This document shows, piece after piece, positions 51,297 through 61,860 of a stretch of 64,000 nucleotides of DNA; positions within the stretch are counted from its first letter, which is position 1; each line of letters opens with the position of its first letter. Source of the DNA: a virus; the IMG/VR virus record IMGVR_UViG_3300038443_001768; one strand, written 5' to 3'. Below the pieces are notes generated by a model that had not been told where the DNA came from, did not search any database, and was given only the letters and a program-made list of their open reading frames with translations. A program made the translations under genes and the position numbers.

Positions 51297-52091
51297 ATGG
51301 CAGCAAAGTCGCAGGAACTTGAAGTACTAGACGAGACCAGCACCGACCTGGACGTCATCTCCGCCGAGGAGGAGGCGCTCATTGCGGCCAATCAGGCCGA
51401 CGTCGATGCCTCTGAGTTCGTCATCCCGATCGTCAAGCTCGCGCAGCCGCTGACCGACGAGGTCACCTCTGGAACCGCTAAGGCCGGCGAGTTTATACTC
51501 GGCCTAACCGGTGAGGCATTCGCGCCGCCGGTGGAGTTCGTCGTCGCCGGTAAGGGCAAGGGCCGGTTCAAGCCGGGACGTGATGGCGAACGAACACTAG
51601 TCGCCTACGACACGCCGATCGTTCCGTGGAAGGACGACCCCTTCTATGGCAAGCCGTTCTCCGAGCACCCGGACGCAGAGGAGAAGTTCAAGGCACGCGT
51701 CGATGCCGGCGAGATCGAATGGGGACACGGTCCGACCATTCAGACAACGTTCAACTACACCGGCTACATCGTTGGCTCTGACGTGCCGGTACGTCTCAGC
51801 CTCCGCCGCACTTCCGCTCCCGCGGCCCGTAAGTGGAACACGCTCCTCGATGCAGTCCTTCGTGGCCGCTTCTGGGATCAGGTCTTCACTGTGGGCAGCG
51901 AACAGCAGAAGAACAACAAGGGCGCGTACTACGTGGTGACGGTTCAGCCGTCGCGTAAGACCACGCCCGACGAGAAGAAGGCCGCCATTCAGTTGGCGAC
52001 CGCGCTGCGTAACCAGTCCGTTACCACCGTCGGCGAGACCGACGACGGCCCCACGGTTGCGCCAGACGCCAACGGCGGCATCGAGCTTTAG
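51297..52091 (+). CDS. Putative ssDNA-binding/annealing protein
   Basis: Acidic termini, location in the replication module, strong SD, followed by a hairpin. Confidence 0.5.
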   Translation: MAAKSQELEVLDETSTDLDVISAEEEALIAANQADVDASEFVIPIVKLAQPLTDEVTSGTAKAGEFILGLTGEAFAPPVEFVVAGKGKGRFKPGRDGERTLVAYDTPIVPWKDDPFYGKPFSEHPDAEEKFKARVDAGEIEWGHGPTIQTTFNYTGYIVGSDVPVRLSLRRTSAPAARKWNTLLDAVLRGRFWDQVFTVGSEQQKNNKGAYYVVTVQPSRKTTPDEKKAAIQLATALRNQSVTTVGETDDGPTVAPDANGGIEL

Positions 52092-52121
52092 CTCGACAGC
52101 ACCCCAGCCGTTCCCCTCACA

Positions 52122-52159
52122 CGCGACCCGGACCGGCCTTAGGGCCGGCCGGGATCGCG
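52122..52159 (+). terminator. GC-rich hairpin after the putative SSB gene
   Basis: CGCGACCCGGACCGGCCT-TAG-GGCCGGCCGGGATCGCG. Confidence 0.5.
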
Positions 52160-52196
52160 GTAAGTCTGAAGTACCTCCAAGAGAGGAGGATCATTG

Positions 52197-53162
52197 ATGT
52201 CTGAAGCCAACCCATACGTCGGCCGGTTTATGAAGCTCTTCTCCGGCCTCGACGACGCCTACGGCACCGGCCGCGGTCAGTGGGTGAGAGAGCAGCCAAG
52301 GCGCGCTCAGTTCTCAGAGCATCTCGCCGGACGCGGCCCAGGACTTGGAATCGGCCCGTTGCGCCGTGACGGAACCGTCGTTTTCGCCGCAGTCGATCTC
52401 GACGAGCCCGACTTCGACACAGCTTGCGAGATCGCCAATCTTCTGCCCGGCACCCAGTTCATTGAGCGCAGCCGATCGGGCAATGCCCACGTGTTCTCGT
52501 TCTTCTCCGAGCCGCTCGAAGGTTGGATCGCGCGCGGCATTATGCGCGAAGCCACCGCTGCCGTCGGGCGGAAGTTCGTCGAGGTGTTCCCGAAGCAAGA
52601 CCGTCTCAAAGACGACATGCTAGGGAACTACATCAACTTGCCATATCATGGTAAGGATCGACCAGTGGTGGGACTCTCAGAAGACGGAGAGACCAATGTC
52701 GACCTTGACGATCCGATGTCGTTGGAGTCTTTCATCATGGAGGCCGAACACGCCCTCAACGACCCCAAGGATTGGATCAAGCGCGCCCGCTGGCTCGGCA
52801 TCCCCAGCCCTGAGGAGCGATCCGCCGAAGGTCGCGAGTTCGGCACCTCGCAAACGCTCCACATGTGCTGTGAGCACGTCATCGCTGAGCGCGACGACAA
52901 CCCGATCGTGGCTGGCCATCGCGCGGTCGTGTATTTCGCCTTGGCCAAGCAACTCGCCAACTGCGCCTTGTACTCAGAGGATGAATCAGTTGAGTTGCTC
53001 TCGTTGATCAACGATTCTTCACCTGATCCGATCCCAGAGTCAGAGCTTCGCCACATGTACCGCAACGCCGTTCGCGGACAGTACACATCCACAGGCTGCG
53101 ATGATCCTCTCTTCCAGCCTTACGCACATCCAGAATGCCCCATCTCAAATGGAGGAAAGTAA
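52197..53162 (+). CDS. AEP-type primase/polymerase with C-terminal PriCT-like domain
   Basis: AVDLDE, SRSGNAHVF, EVFPKQ, GNYINLPY; Cys-containing C-terminus. Confidence 0.75.
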   Translation: MSEANPYVGRFMKLFSGLDDAYGTGRGQWVREQPRRAQFSEHLAGRGPGLGIGPLRRDGTVVFAAVDLDEPDFDTACEIANLLPGTQFIERSRSGNAHVFSFFSEPLEGWIARGIMREATAAVGRKFVEVFPKQDRLKDDMLGNYINLPYHGKDRPVVGLSEDGETNVDLDDPMSLESFIMEAEHALNDPKDWIKRARWLGIPSPEERSAEGREFGTSQTLHMCCEHVIAERDDNPIVAGHRAVVYFALAKQLANCALYSEDESVELLSLINDSSPDPIPESELRHMYRNAVRGQYTSTGCDDPLFQPYAHPECPISNGGK

Positions 53163-53732
53163 ATGGGCTGCTCAGCCACAGCAAAGCTTCTCTTCGGTGT
53201 GCCGCTCGACCATGAGCAGCACCCGTTCGCTCGTTACAACGATGACTACGAGACGGTCGACAACCTAGGCAATCCTCTCACCGAGGAAGAGTTCGATGTA
53301 CTTACTGACGATACCGACCTAGGTGAGTACTTGGCCGCGCGCGCTGGCCATGAGAACCCATGGAAGACATACCCGCCGTATCTGGAGCGCGACGAATACG
53401 GCCCATACGATGAGTTCAAGAAGTGGCTCGCAAGAGATCCTGAAGGTCAGGAATTTGATGCCCTGATCGATGCTTGGAGAGACCTGAAGAGCGAGCTTGA
53501 GGACGCAGCACCTGTTGAGATCGCCTACGCTGGCGACCTTCAGTACGGCAGCCCGCAGTATGTGATCTCCCTGAAGGGCTATGAGAACAGCGTTGATTGG
53601 GGCGCTGAGAAGATCGATCTTCCTGAGCAGCCATCGCAAGAAGAGACCGACACAGCGGTCGAGTTCTGTCGCGCAAACGCGCTGCCTGACTTCTCGGACG
53701 CCGGCTGGGTGCTGGCCGCACAGTACGGCTGA
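53163..53732 (+). CDS. Hypothetical acidic protein
   Basis: GGAGG SD. Confidence 0.65.
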   Translation: MGCSATAKLLFGVPLDHEQHPFARYNDDYETVDNLGNPLTEEEFDVLTDDTDLGEYLAARAGHENPWKTYPPYLERDEYGPYDEFKKWLARDPEGQEFDALIDAWRDLKSELEDAAPVEIAYAGDLQYGSPQYVISLKGYENSVDWGAEKIDLPEQPSQEETDTAVEFCRANALPDFSDAGWVLAAQYG

Positions 53733-54085
53733 TGGACTTCAACCCCAACAACCTCAACGCGCCTGAGGCTCCGATCTGGGCGACCTACGTTCCTGAGCGG
53801 CGGCCGAAGCTCAATAGCCACAAACAGAGAAGCCACGCGCTCGGCGCGTTTCAGTATCGACGCAACGTCATTCTCTACAAGTTCATCAACTCTGAGTGGG
53901 TCGAGGTCTACAGGACCGAAAACGGACATGACGATGTCATGTCCTGCGATCGCTGTGGCGGCCAACCTGAGTACGGTTACTGGCGCTCTGTGTGGGAGCG
54001 GGGAGAAGACGGAAAGATCAAGGAACCATTTAGACGGCTAGCGCTTTGCGGCTGGGACTGCCAGCGCGCCGAGGAAGGTAAGTAG
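53732..54085 (+). CDS. Hypothetical protein with CxxC
   Basis: Coupled ORF. Confidence 0.6.
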   Translation: MDFNPNNLNAPEAPIWATYVPERRPKLNSHKQRSHALGAFQYRRNVILYKFINSEWVEVYRTENGHDDVMSCDRCGGQPEYGYWRSVWERGEDGKIKEPFRRLALCGWDCQRAEEGK

Positions 54086-56277
54086 TGACGGACGTAAGGC
54101 TGACCGAGTTCGCACAGCTTCTCGCCACAGCTGACGAAGACGCCCGCGACGCGCTGATCTCGCGCGTCAAGTTGATGGCTATGCAGGCCGCGGCACCAGA
54201 GGCGTTCGAGCCGCCGATCACGCCGCTCGGAGAATATCTGGAACGTGACATTCCGGTCCCGCCGATTCTGGTTGAGCCGTGCCTGCTCGTGCGTGGCGGC
54301 ATCATGTGCACCGTCGGTCGTGCCGGGAAGGGCAAAGACGCTCCCAACGACACCCCGGTGTTGACGCCGGGCGGTTGGAAGGCGCTCGGCGACGTCGAGG
54401 TCGGAGATCGAGTCATTGACCCGGCTACGGGTCGTGCCGCGCGTGTGTCTGGCGTTTACCCGCAGGGGCTCCGCCAGGTTTATAGAGTGACGCTCTCAGA
54501 CGGCACATCTACTGAGAGCAGCGATACGCATCTCTGGGCCGTCAATAAGTGGAATCGTGATTACTACGTGAAGGAGCTTCGCGAGTTCAAGGATGACTTG
54601 ACTAATTCGCGCGGCGACAACAAGTGGTTCCTGCCACTAACGAGGCCTGTCGAGTACTACAACGCAAGCCCAGATATCGATGGGTATGTTCTCGGCGTCT
54701 TGCTTGGCGATGGCGGCCTGAGCAACGGCAATCTGAACCTCGTAAGCTCGGAGCAGGAACTAGTTGATCTCGTCGCTGAGCGACTAACCGACGGGTGCTC
54801 GCTGCGTAAGTGCGGACAGCATCCGCTCCGCTGGAGAATCGTCGGACCGTCACAGGGTCACACAAATCCAGCAATTTCGACGCTGCGCAAGATGGGCCTA
54901 TGGGGAATTCTATGTCATGAGAAGTTCATCCCCGCCGACGCCCTATTTGCTCCGATCGAGTACAGACGGGACCTACTGCGCGGTCTTATTGACACTGATG
55001 GTCATGTGCGTACGTCAAATGGGCGGACTACGTTCTACACGGCGTCTGAGAGGCTTGCAAACGATGTAGCATCGCTTGTCCGTTCTCTTGGCGGCGTATC
55101 TAAGGTGTCGTTCAGGTCACGAAAGTCGCCATTTGCAGACGCCATGACGTCTGAATATTCGGTGTCGATCCTTGTCGATTTCAATCCTGCGCTGCTATCG
55201 AGGAAGGCAGCTAACTGGAGACGTCCGTCTAGGTACTCACGGTCTATTGAGGCTGTTGAGCCCAGCCGGGTAACTGAAACAACCTGCATCATGGTTGACA
55301 GTCAGTCACATCTGTACATGCAGAATGACTACATTGTCACCCACAACACTCAGGTCAACCTGAACCGCATTCTCAAATGGGCTGCCGGGATGCCACTATT
55401 CCCGGATGTCAAGACACCCAACGGTGTCCCAGTGCTGGCACCGACTCAGCCACTGAAGACCTTGATCATTGAGAACGAGGGCGCGGCTGGCATGTTCCAC
55501 AAGCAGATCAAGACCATGATGTACGCTGATGGCTACCTGACGCCTCCACAGCGCGAATTGGTGAAGGAGAACGTCTTGATCTGGGGTGACGGTGGCTACT
55601 CGGGCTTGAAGCTCGACGACCCCAACGCCCTCAACAACGTACGTGCCGGATGCGAGAAGTGGGAACCCGACATCGTCTTCATTGAGCCTTTCCGAGGGCT
55701 GTGGAGCGGTGACGAGAACTCATCAACCGATATGGCCAAGGTGGCCGACGCGCTCTCAGGCATCGCTGCTGATTTCAACTGCGGTGTCATCCTCACTCAC
55801 CACGAGAAGAAGGGCGGCGCGGGCAACGACGACGACAAGATGTCGGCTGCGCGAGGGTCGACGGTGCTGGAGGGCGTTGTCGCGACGATGGAGAACTTTG
55901 AGATCGCCAAGGGCGGCGATTACCGCGAGATCTCCTACTCGAAGATTCGCTACAGCGGCGGCGAGAAGATCTTGCCGATCCGCATGGAGTGGCAGCACAG
56001 AGACTGGTGGTACCGCCACGTGCCGCTCGACGCGATCGAGCAGGCGGTCCTTGACGTCCTCGCCGAAAACGAGGACCCGATGACGATCGGCGAGCTAGTC
56101 GCGGAGACAGACGAGAAGGAGCACAAGATCCGCAACATCATGAAGGCGTTGGTCGATCAAGGCAAGGTCAAGGCTATGCCGAGTGTTCACACCGGTACAG
56201 GGTCGACAGGCAAGCGTTACCGGCTGGCTGTCCCGACCGGCGACGACACCGGGGCCGGCGCAGGAATGGAGTTCTGA
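54085..56277 (+). CDS. RecA-family (AAA_25-like) replicative helicase containing an intein
   Basis: Walker A GRAGKGK|T split by the intein; IENEG, VFIEP, THHEKK, ARGST; C-terminal wHTH. Confidence 0.85.
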   Translation: MTDVRLTEFAQLLATADEDARDALISRVKLMAMQAAAPEAFEPPITPLGEYLERDIPVPPILVEPCLLVRGGIMCTVGRAGKGKDAPNDTPVLTPGGWKALGDVEVGDRVIDPATGRAARVSGVYPQGLRQVYRVTLSDGTSTESSDTHLWAVNKWNRDYYVKELREFKDDLTNSRGDNKWFLPLTRPVEYYNASPDIDGYVLGVLLGDGGLSNGNLNLVSSEQELVDLVAERLTDGCSLRKCGQHPLRWRIVGPSQGHTNPAISTLRKMGLWGILCHEKFIPADALFAPIEYRRDLLRGLIDTDGHVRTSNGRTTFYTASERLANDVASLVRSLGGVSKVSFRSRKSPFADAMTSEYSVSILVDFNPALLSRKAANWRRPSRYSRSIEAVEPSRVTETTCIMVDSQSHLYMQNDYIVTHNTQVNLNRILKWAAGMPLFPDVKTPNGVPVLAPTQPLKTLIIENEGAAGMFHKQIKTMMYADGYLTPPQRELVKENVLIWGDGGYSGLKLDDPNALNNVRAGCEKWEPDIVFIEPFRGLWSGDENSSTDMAKVADALSGIAADFNCGVILTHHEKKGGAGNDDDKMSAARGSTVLEGVVATMENFEIAKGGDYREISYSKIRYSGGEKILPIRMEWQHRDWWYRHVPLDAIEQAVLDVLAENEDPMTIGELVAETDEKEHKIRNIMKALVDQGKVKAMPSVHTGTGSTGKRYRLAVPTGDDTGAGAGMEF
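54337..55347 (+). mobile_element. Class 3 intein with LAGLIDADG homing endonuclease (337 aa)
   Basis: Block A DAPNDTPVLTP, block B SDTHLW, LGVLLGDG and LRGLIDTDG, block F TTCIMV, block G IVTHN|T. Confidence 0.9.
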
Positions 56278-56437
56278 TGCTGGAGGCGCGCGACGTCTAC
56301 GAGCTTCAGCGCGATCTCGATCGCGAGATCATGGGCCATACGACGCTTCCGGCCTGGGACGAGTTGTCCTGGTCGGAGCAGGACGCATGGCAGGTCAAGG
56401 CCGACGAGGTCAATGATAAGAACATGGAGGTCTCTCT

Positions 56438-56908
56438 GTGGGCAGCACTGATGGACGAGTAGGCGGAGCCGACACGGCGGCTGAGTACTTCTACTTGGCT
56501 GGTCCGATGACCAACATCCCTGCGTTCAACTTCCCTGAGTTCCATCGCATCGCAGGGATCTTGCGCGCTCAGGGATACAACCTGGTCAACCCGGCTGAGC
56601 TAGATGAGGAGATCGAACGCAAGGAAGCAGAGTCGTCGCCAGACGGGCGGCATCGCGGACTCAAGCACGTCAAGACGTGGGCTGATTGTCTACGTAGAGA
56701 CATTGAAGTCGTTGCCGCCACGAACTGCGTCGGCGTCATCGTCATGGATGGCTGGGAGCACTCGCAGGGCGCGCAGTTTGAGACCTACGTGGCGTACAAG
56801 CTGCGAATGCCGATCTACCGCTTCCTCGAAACAGCGCCAGACGAGTTTACGCTCGTAGAGATCCAGCGCGGCCCGTCGCTCACAGCGGCCGGGGTCGTTG
56901 ATGGCTGA
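56438..56908 (+). CDS. DUF4406/nucleoside 2-deoxyribosyltransferase-like protein
   Basis: YLAGPMT..P.FNFPEF, NPAE, GWEHSQGA..E. Confidence 0.8.
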   Translation: MGSTDGRVGGADTAAEYFYLAGPMTNIPAFNFPEFHRIAGILRAQGYNLVNPAELDEEIERKEAESSPDGRHRGLKHVKTWADCLRRDIEVVAATNCVGVIVMDGWEHSQGAQFETYVAYKLRMPIYRFLETAPDEFTLVEIQRGPSLTAAGVVDG

Positions 56909-57853
56909 AATCATCGTCGTCCGCGCCGACGACTACACGGACTACCTGGACGCATCAACGGACGAGGCGTGGGCGCGCAACGCTCACGGCCTGCTAAGTG
57001 AACGCCTGGAAAGCGGCCACTTCTACCACGACCCAGGCGATGAGCCTATCTACGACGGTATGTCGGTTGCTGAGATCGGCGAGATCACCGACCCGGAGAT
57101 CAAGAAGGTCGCGACGACTAAGTACAACCGCTGGGTCAGAGCCAAGCGTGAATGGCAGGACGAGAAGGCAACCTATGACGCGATCGCCGAAGAGGTCGCG
57201 AACGGACCGACATGGCGCGAGTACAAGTCAGGCCGCCGCGAGCCCACAGCGTGGGGACTTCTCGACGCCCGATCAGACTACGAGTACGAGAGAGTCGAGT
57301 TGATGACAGTGAGGAACTATGACTAAGCATCCCGACGAAATCGTCTCTGTCTACGACGACGTCAGCGGTGACTGGGAAGGGTTGTACTTTGACGGCCGCC
57401 TCGTTACACAGAACCACAGCATCGAGGCCGGCGAGGTCCTCTCACTGATCGGCTATGACGTCACGTATGCGTCGGCCTCGGCCGAAGAAACCGGCGGTCG
57501 CTTTCCTGATAGACTTGAGGATGTCGTAACGACGAGGGAACTACGCCGCCGCTCACTCCTCGCCGAAGCAGCAGAGCTTCGCGCCAAGGCCGACGCATTG
57601 GAGGCCTCGATTGAGCACTGAGGTGAAGGACTTCCGTCTCTACCTGCACCGCAGCAAGGAGACCAACTACGACGCCTGGCAGTACGACCTTGGCTGGTCA
57701 ACCGAAGACCCAGGCTTCGAGAAATTCAAGTACTGCGGTTACGAAGTCGAACTGATCACTCAGATCGACAGAGAGACCGGTCGCTGCTTCGCAATTGGAA
57801 TCATGGACCGCGGCAAGCTTGTCGATTTTGAACGAGGAGTAGAACTCACTTGA
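56898..57853 (+). other. Three hypothetical genes (56898-57326, 57319-57621, 57611-57853)
   Basis: Coupled ORFs. Confidence 0.6.
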
Positions 57854-58584
57854 GGCTTATTGGACTACACGCACGGCTTCACGCCGGTAAGGACACAGCA
57901 TTTGAGTTCATCGATAACTGGGCGTTGGTCCGCCGTCAGCTTGCGCAGCGCCGCGCCTTCGCTGATCCGCTGAAGATCTCTGGTATGCGCGCGCTTGGCT
58001 TCAAGGACATCAAGCCCGATCCCGCCGCCGAAGCACATTGGGCCGTCAAGGTCGCCAACCAGATCAAGGAAACCGGACGAGTAACGGTTACCTGGGTCGA
58101 CGACACCGGCGACATGCAGAGCCGAACCATCACCGGCCGCGAACTGTGGCAGTTGTACGGCACCGAGGCGCACCGAGCAGATGACCTCGGCTCAAGCTTC
58201 GGCGCGAACTTCTGGGTCGACAACTTGCTCCCAGCGGGAACATCATCGGAGCCGCTCACTCGCGCCGCTAACGGCGAGGCCACGAGCCTGACGCCGCTGT
58301 GGTACAAGAACTTCGAGGACTGGCGCGGCGTGCGTCCCGATGTCGCAGTCGTAACAGACGTCCGGTTCCCCAACGAGGCTACCCGCATTCTCAAGCTTGG
58401 CGGTGAGGTATGGAAGATCGACGCCGATCAACGGCTCGGTCCCAACACTGACGGCCATGCTTCGGAGCAGCCGCTCGACGATGACTACATCAGCCGCGTC
58501 ATCGACAACAATACCGATCTCAACAACTTCGCCACAGGTATCGAGGCCGCGTTGGTGGGGACAACGTTTACGCCGGCTAAGTAA
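57850..58584 (+). CDS. Deoxynucleoside monophosphate kinase (T4 gp1-like)
   Basis: LIGLHARLHAGKDT, FADPLK, RELWQLYGTE, VTDVRFPNE, HASE. Confidence 0.85.
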   Translation: MRLIGLHARLHAGKDTAFEFIDNWALVRRQLAQRRAFADPLKISGMRALGFKDIKPDPAAEAHWAVKVANQIKETGRVTVTWVDDTGDMQSRTITGRELWQLYGTEAHRADDLGSSFGANFWVDNLLPAGTSSEPLTRAANGEATSLTPLWYKNFEDWRGVRPDVAVVTDVRFPNEATRILKLGGEVWKIDADQRLGPNTDGHASEQPLDDDYISRVIDNNTDLNNFATGIEAALVGTTFTPAK

Positions 58585-58587
58585 CGA

Positions 58588-59229
58588 ATGCTCACCATTG
58601 ATGACATCAAGGACGATCGTCGGCGGTCAGGCTTTCGCGGCGTAACCGTCGATCGTGGCGGTTACACCCGGCAGGCCAAGCCTTACCGCGCCTCCAAGGG
58701 CGTAAAGGGCAGTGGCCCGAACTACGACTATTGGCGTGGCCCCCGGCGCGCAACAGCCGAGGAGGCGGCGCAGGATTACTGCGACCACGTCAACTACGGA
58801 GCAGCAACCCCAACAGCCCGTTTGCACTCGGCCGGCCATTCAGCGCCAGCGCGAGAATCGTTGCCCCGCGATCCTGAGGTCGAGGCCGCTCTTGGGGTTC
58901 TGAGGGACGCGCGGGCACAGCGTCAGGGCAAGCAGGGCTACGTGTACTGCATTGGTGAGTCTCAGGGCGTCGCGTGGGGAGTGAAGGTCGGCTATTCTGT
59001 GAACCCCGAGAAGCGCGTCACTGAACTGCAAACCGGCAATCCTCGCATTCTCTCAGTGATCGGAAAGATCAAGGGGACGCCCGACGATGAGAAGCGGCTT
59101 CACTCAAAGTACATGAAGTACAACCTGATCGGTGAGTGGTTTGTACCGACGCGTGAGTTGCTGTCCGAATTCGGTCTCAACAGTTCAGGTTACGGTGACC
59201 CAGATCTTCCAGGGAATGGAATGGTTTAG
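58588..59229 (+). CDS. GIY-YIG (T5orf172/MUG113-like) endonuclease with AP2-like N-terminus
   Basis: GYVYCI, VKVGYSVNPEKRVTELQTGNP, EKRLH, GEWF; SGFRGVT...EEAA..Y. Confidence 0.8.
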   Translation: MLTIDDIKDDRRRSGFRGVTVDRGGYTRQAKPYRASKGVKGSGPNYDYWRGPRRATAEEAAQDYCDHVNYGAATPTARLHSAGHSAPARESLPRDPEVEAALGVLRDARAQRQGKQGYVYCIGESQGVAWGVKVGYSVNPEKRVTELQTGNPRILSVIGKIKGTPDDEKRLHSKYMKYNLIGEWFVPTRELLSEFGLNSSGYGDPDLPGNGMV

Positions 59230-59415
59230 ATGAAGTACAAGATCTACGACATGGATGACTGGGAGGTTATCCGTGACGAAACCGGCAAGACCCTGTACTC
59301 GGGTCATCGGCCATACACGCGTGACATCTTCGAGGCGCTTGGGCTCGACTACGACATTGAGTTCATCGAGGATGAGGAGCGCGCCATGGACATCATCTAC
59401 GAGGGCGCTGAGTGA
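59230..59415 (+). CDS. Hypothetical protein
   Basis: Small acidic ORF. Confidence 0.55.
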   Translation: MKYKIYDMDDWEVIRDETGKTLYSGHRPYTRDIFEALGLDYDIEFIEDEERAMDIIYEGAE

Positions 59416-59783
59416 CCGACAATGAGCTTCATTGGCTTGCCGGCTGGCTAGAAGGTGAAGGATCGTTTGTCGTCACTTCAGGTAAGTCCTACAACGATAA
59501 GCGGTATACGCGCATCCGAGTCAACGGGTCCTCAATAGATAAGGATGTCCTCGACTACGTGAAGTCGATCGCGGGTGGCGTAGTAAACGGCCCGTATGAA
59601 CGAACTGGCGGAGCAGGTAAGCATGTGTACATGTGGACACTGTCGACCCACAAAACCGCGCTGCCGCTACTTATTGCGCTTGAGCCTTTGATGGTTGCCG
59701 CGCGCCGCAAGGCTCAGGTCCGTAAGGCGATTGAGGCCGCAGAGGAGTACATGTCCGTCCAGCAAGGTAAGAAGGGATTCTAG
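59412..59783 (+). CDS. Free-standing single-motif LAGLIDADG endonuclease
   Basis: LHWLAGWLEGEGSF. Confidence 0.8.
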   Translation: MTDNELHWLAGWLEGEGSFVVTSGKSYNDKRYTRIRVNGSSIDKDVLDYVKSIAGGVVNGPYERTGGAGKHVYMWTLSTHKTALPLLIALEPLMVAARRKAQVRKAIEAAEEYMSVQQGKKGF

Positions 59784-59789
59784 ATAGAA

Positions 59790-61643
59790 ATGGTGGACTT
59801 TGACGTAGAGACTGACGGCCTTCAGCCGTGGTCGCAGAAGCAGAGCGCGTTCATGTATCAGTTCGGCGACGACTCTGGTGCCGTGGAGGTGCTCGATCCG
59901 CTCGTCGATGGTGAGCGTATCCAGTGGTGGTTCAATCGTGGTGCCGACGAGGGCCTGCGGGCATGGAACACGAAATTCGATCGCAGCTTCGCTCACATCT
60001 CACCCTTCGATATCCCCGGCGACGGCGCCTGGCACGACGGCATGCTGCTGGCGCATGCGATCAATGAGAACCGCTCAATCGCGCTGAAGTCTGTCGCTAA
60101 TGAGGTTCTCGGACCAGGCTCGGACGACCTCCAGAAGCAGGTCAAGGACTGGCTCACCGCTGAGCGCCGCCGCCGGAAGAGCGAGGCGCACAAGGAGGGC
60201 ACGGAACTCGTCGAGCCAACCTACGCCGATGTCCCCCGCGACCTGATGGCCGAATACGCCGCAGAGGACATCGTCCTTACCCGCAAGGTCTGCGACGCCT
60301 ACGAGCCAATCATCGCGAAGTCCAAGGACCTCACCGACATCGTGGCCTTCGAGCATGAAGTCCTCGACGCGCTGTGGCATGTTGAGCGTCGCGGGTTCCC
60401 AGTCGACGACCACGGATACCACATGCTGCTGCACGAGGCGGCCGAGAACCTTGAGGCGCTTGAGGATCTCTGCATCGCGCTCGCCGCCGAGGGCGGGGTT
60501 GAGGGGCTGAACCCGAACTCCACGGCGCAGATCATCAACGCGCTCAAGGGCCGCAAGGCCGACCTCACCTACATGGTGACCAAGAACGGAAAGCTCTCTG
60601 CTGACCGTGAGAATCTTGAGGCCGTAGATGATGAACTCGCCAAGGCGATCCTTGAGTACCGGGCGGAGCGAAAGGTGCACGGCACGTATGTGCTTCCGTA
60701 CATCGATCGCTCGTATGCGGCGGCGCTGCGCTCGTGGAAGGAGCCCTTCATCGCCCCTGACGGCGCGATCCACGCAAACTTCCGTCAGGTCGGAACAGTC
60801 ACTGGCCGCATGTCGTGCTCTGACCCCAACCTCCAGAACCAGCCGCGAGACGACCTGCGTCTGCGCTACAACTTCCGCGCCGAAGAGGGCAAGAAGCTCG
60901 TCACGTGCGACCTCTCGAACGTCGAGATGCGCGTCTTCGCCGCCTACGCGGGTGAGGGCGCGCTGCTGCGGACGATCAAGGAAGGCGGCGACATTCACAC
61001 GTTGACCGCCGAGATGATTGGTATCCGCGATCGTAAGCGAGCCGGCGGCGCAGTTGAGACCGCTCGTCAGCGCGGCAAAACATTCAATTTTAGTGTAGTG
61101 TACGGCGGGGGTGTCAACACCATCATGAAGCAGCAGCGCGTCTCTAAGGATGAGGCCCGCCTGATGCTTCAGCGCTACAAGGACGCCTACCCAGAGGTCG
61201 TGCGGCTTCAGAACCGCATCGCCTACCGCCTCGCCGACACCGGCTACATCAAGTCCGCCTGGGGCCGCCGGTTCCATGTCGACCCACGCGACTCCTACAA
61301 GGCCGTCAATTACCTCGTTCAGGGCACGTCGGCGGACTTGTTGAAGGCCGCGCTGATCAAGCTCCACAAGCAGGGCGTGCCGGTCGTGGGATGCGTGCAC
61401 GACGAAATCATCGCCCATGTTGATGAGTCTGACGCCGAGGAGTGCCGCCAGACCATCATCGAGGCGCTAACCGATCACCCCATGATCACCGAGAAGGTTC
61501 CGCTTGAGGCGGAGGGCGACATTGTCAATCGCTGGTCTGACGCCAAGCCGCTCGAAGAGCGCGACAAGGACGGCCGTAAGACTGGCCGTAAGTACTACTT
61601 TGATCCCGAGTGGGCGCAGGTTGAGCGCCGGTACGTGAAGTGA
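59790..61643 (+). CDS. polA: DNA polymerase family A (3'-5' exonuclease + polymerase, no 5' nuclease)
   Basis: DVETDG, NTKFD, YAAED; TGRMSCSDPNLQN, DLSNVEMR, RQRGKTFNFSVVYG, VHDE. Confidence 0.95.
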   Translation: MVDFDVETDGLQPWSQKQSAFMYQFGDDSGAVEVLDPLVDGERIQWWFNRGADEGLRAWNTKFDRSFAHISPFDIPGDGAWHDGMLLAHAINENRSIALKSVANEVLGPGSDDLQKQVKDWLTAERRRRKSEAHKEGTELVEPTYADVPRDLMAEYAAEDIVLTRKVCDAYEPIIAKSKDLTDIVAFEHEVLDALWHVERRGFPVDDHGYHMLLHEAAENLEALEDLCIALAAEGGVEGLNPNSTAQIINALKGRKADLTYMVTKNGKLSADRENLEAVDDELAKAILEYRAERKVHGTYVLPYIDRSYAAALRSWKEPFIAPDGAIHANFRQVGTVTGRMSCSDPNLQNQPRDDLRLRYNFRAEEGKKLVTCDLSNVEMRVFAAYAGEGALLRTIKEGGDIHTLTAEMIGIRDRKRAGGAVETARQRGKTFNFSVVYGGGVNTIMKQQRVSKDEARLMLQRYKDAYPEVVRLQNRIAYRLADTGYIKSAWGRRFHVDPRDSYKAVNYLVQGTSADLLKAALIKLHKQGVPVVGCVHDEIIAHVDESDAEECRQTIIEALTDHPMITEKVPLEAEGDIVNRWSDAKPLEERDKDGRKTGRKYYFDPEWAQVERRYVK

Positions 61644-61860
61644 GTCTCGAAGACCGTATCGACGCCGCCGCAGTAGCGCTGTTTGAGCTTATGGCCGACG
61701 AGTACGACTGTTGGGATGAAGATCCATTGGAGCAAGGTAGACGCTGGCGTGATATGGCGAGGGCAATGATCGAGGCGACACGCGAAGACAGGGTCGAATA
61801 CTGGCTCGACAGGTACGAGGCCAAGTACCGCACAGACTGGAGTTCAAGGCCTAGCTAACG

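Noticed and set aside
59412-59790. Group I intron carrying the LAGLIDADG gene
   Set aside because: No non-coding flanks for a ribozyme core and no upstream pol exon
60075-61418. 447-aa minus-strand ORF
   Set aside because: Antisense shadow of the DNA polymerase gene
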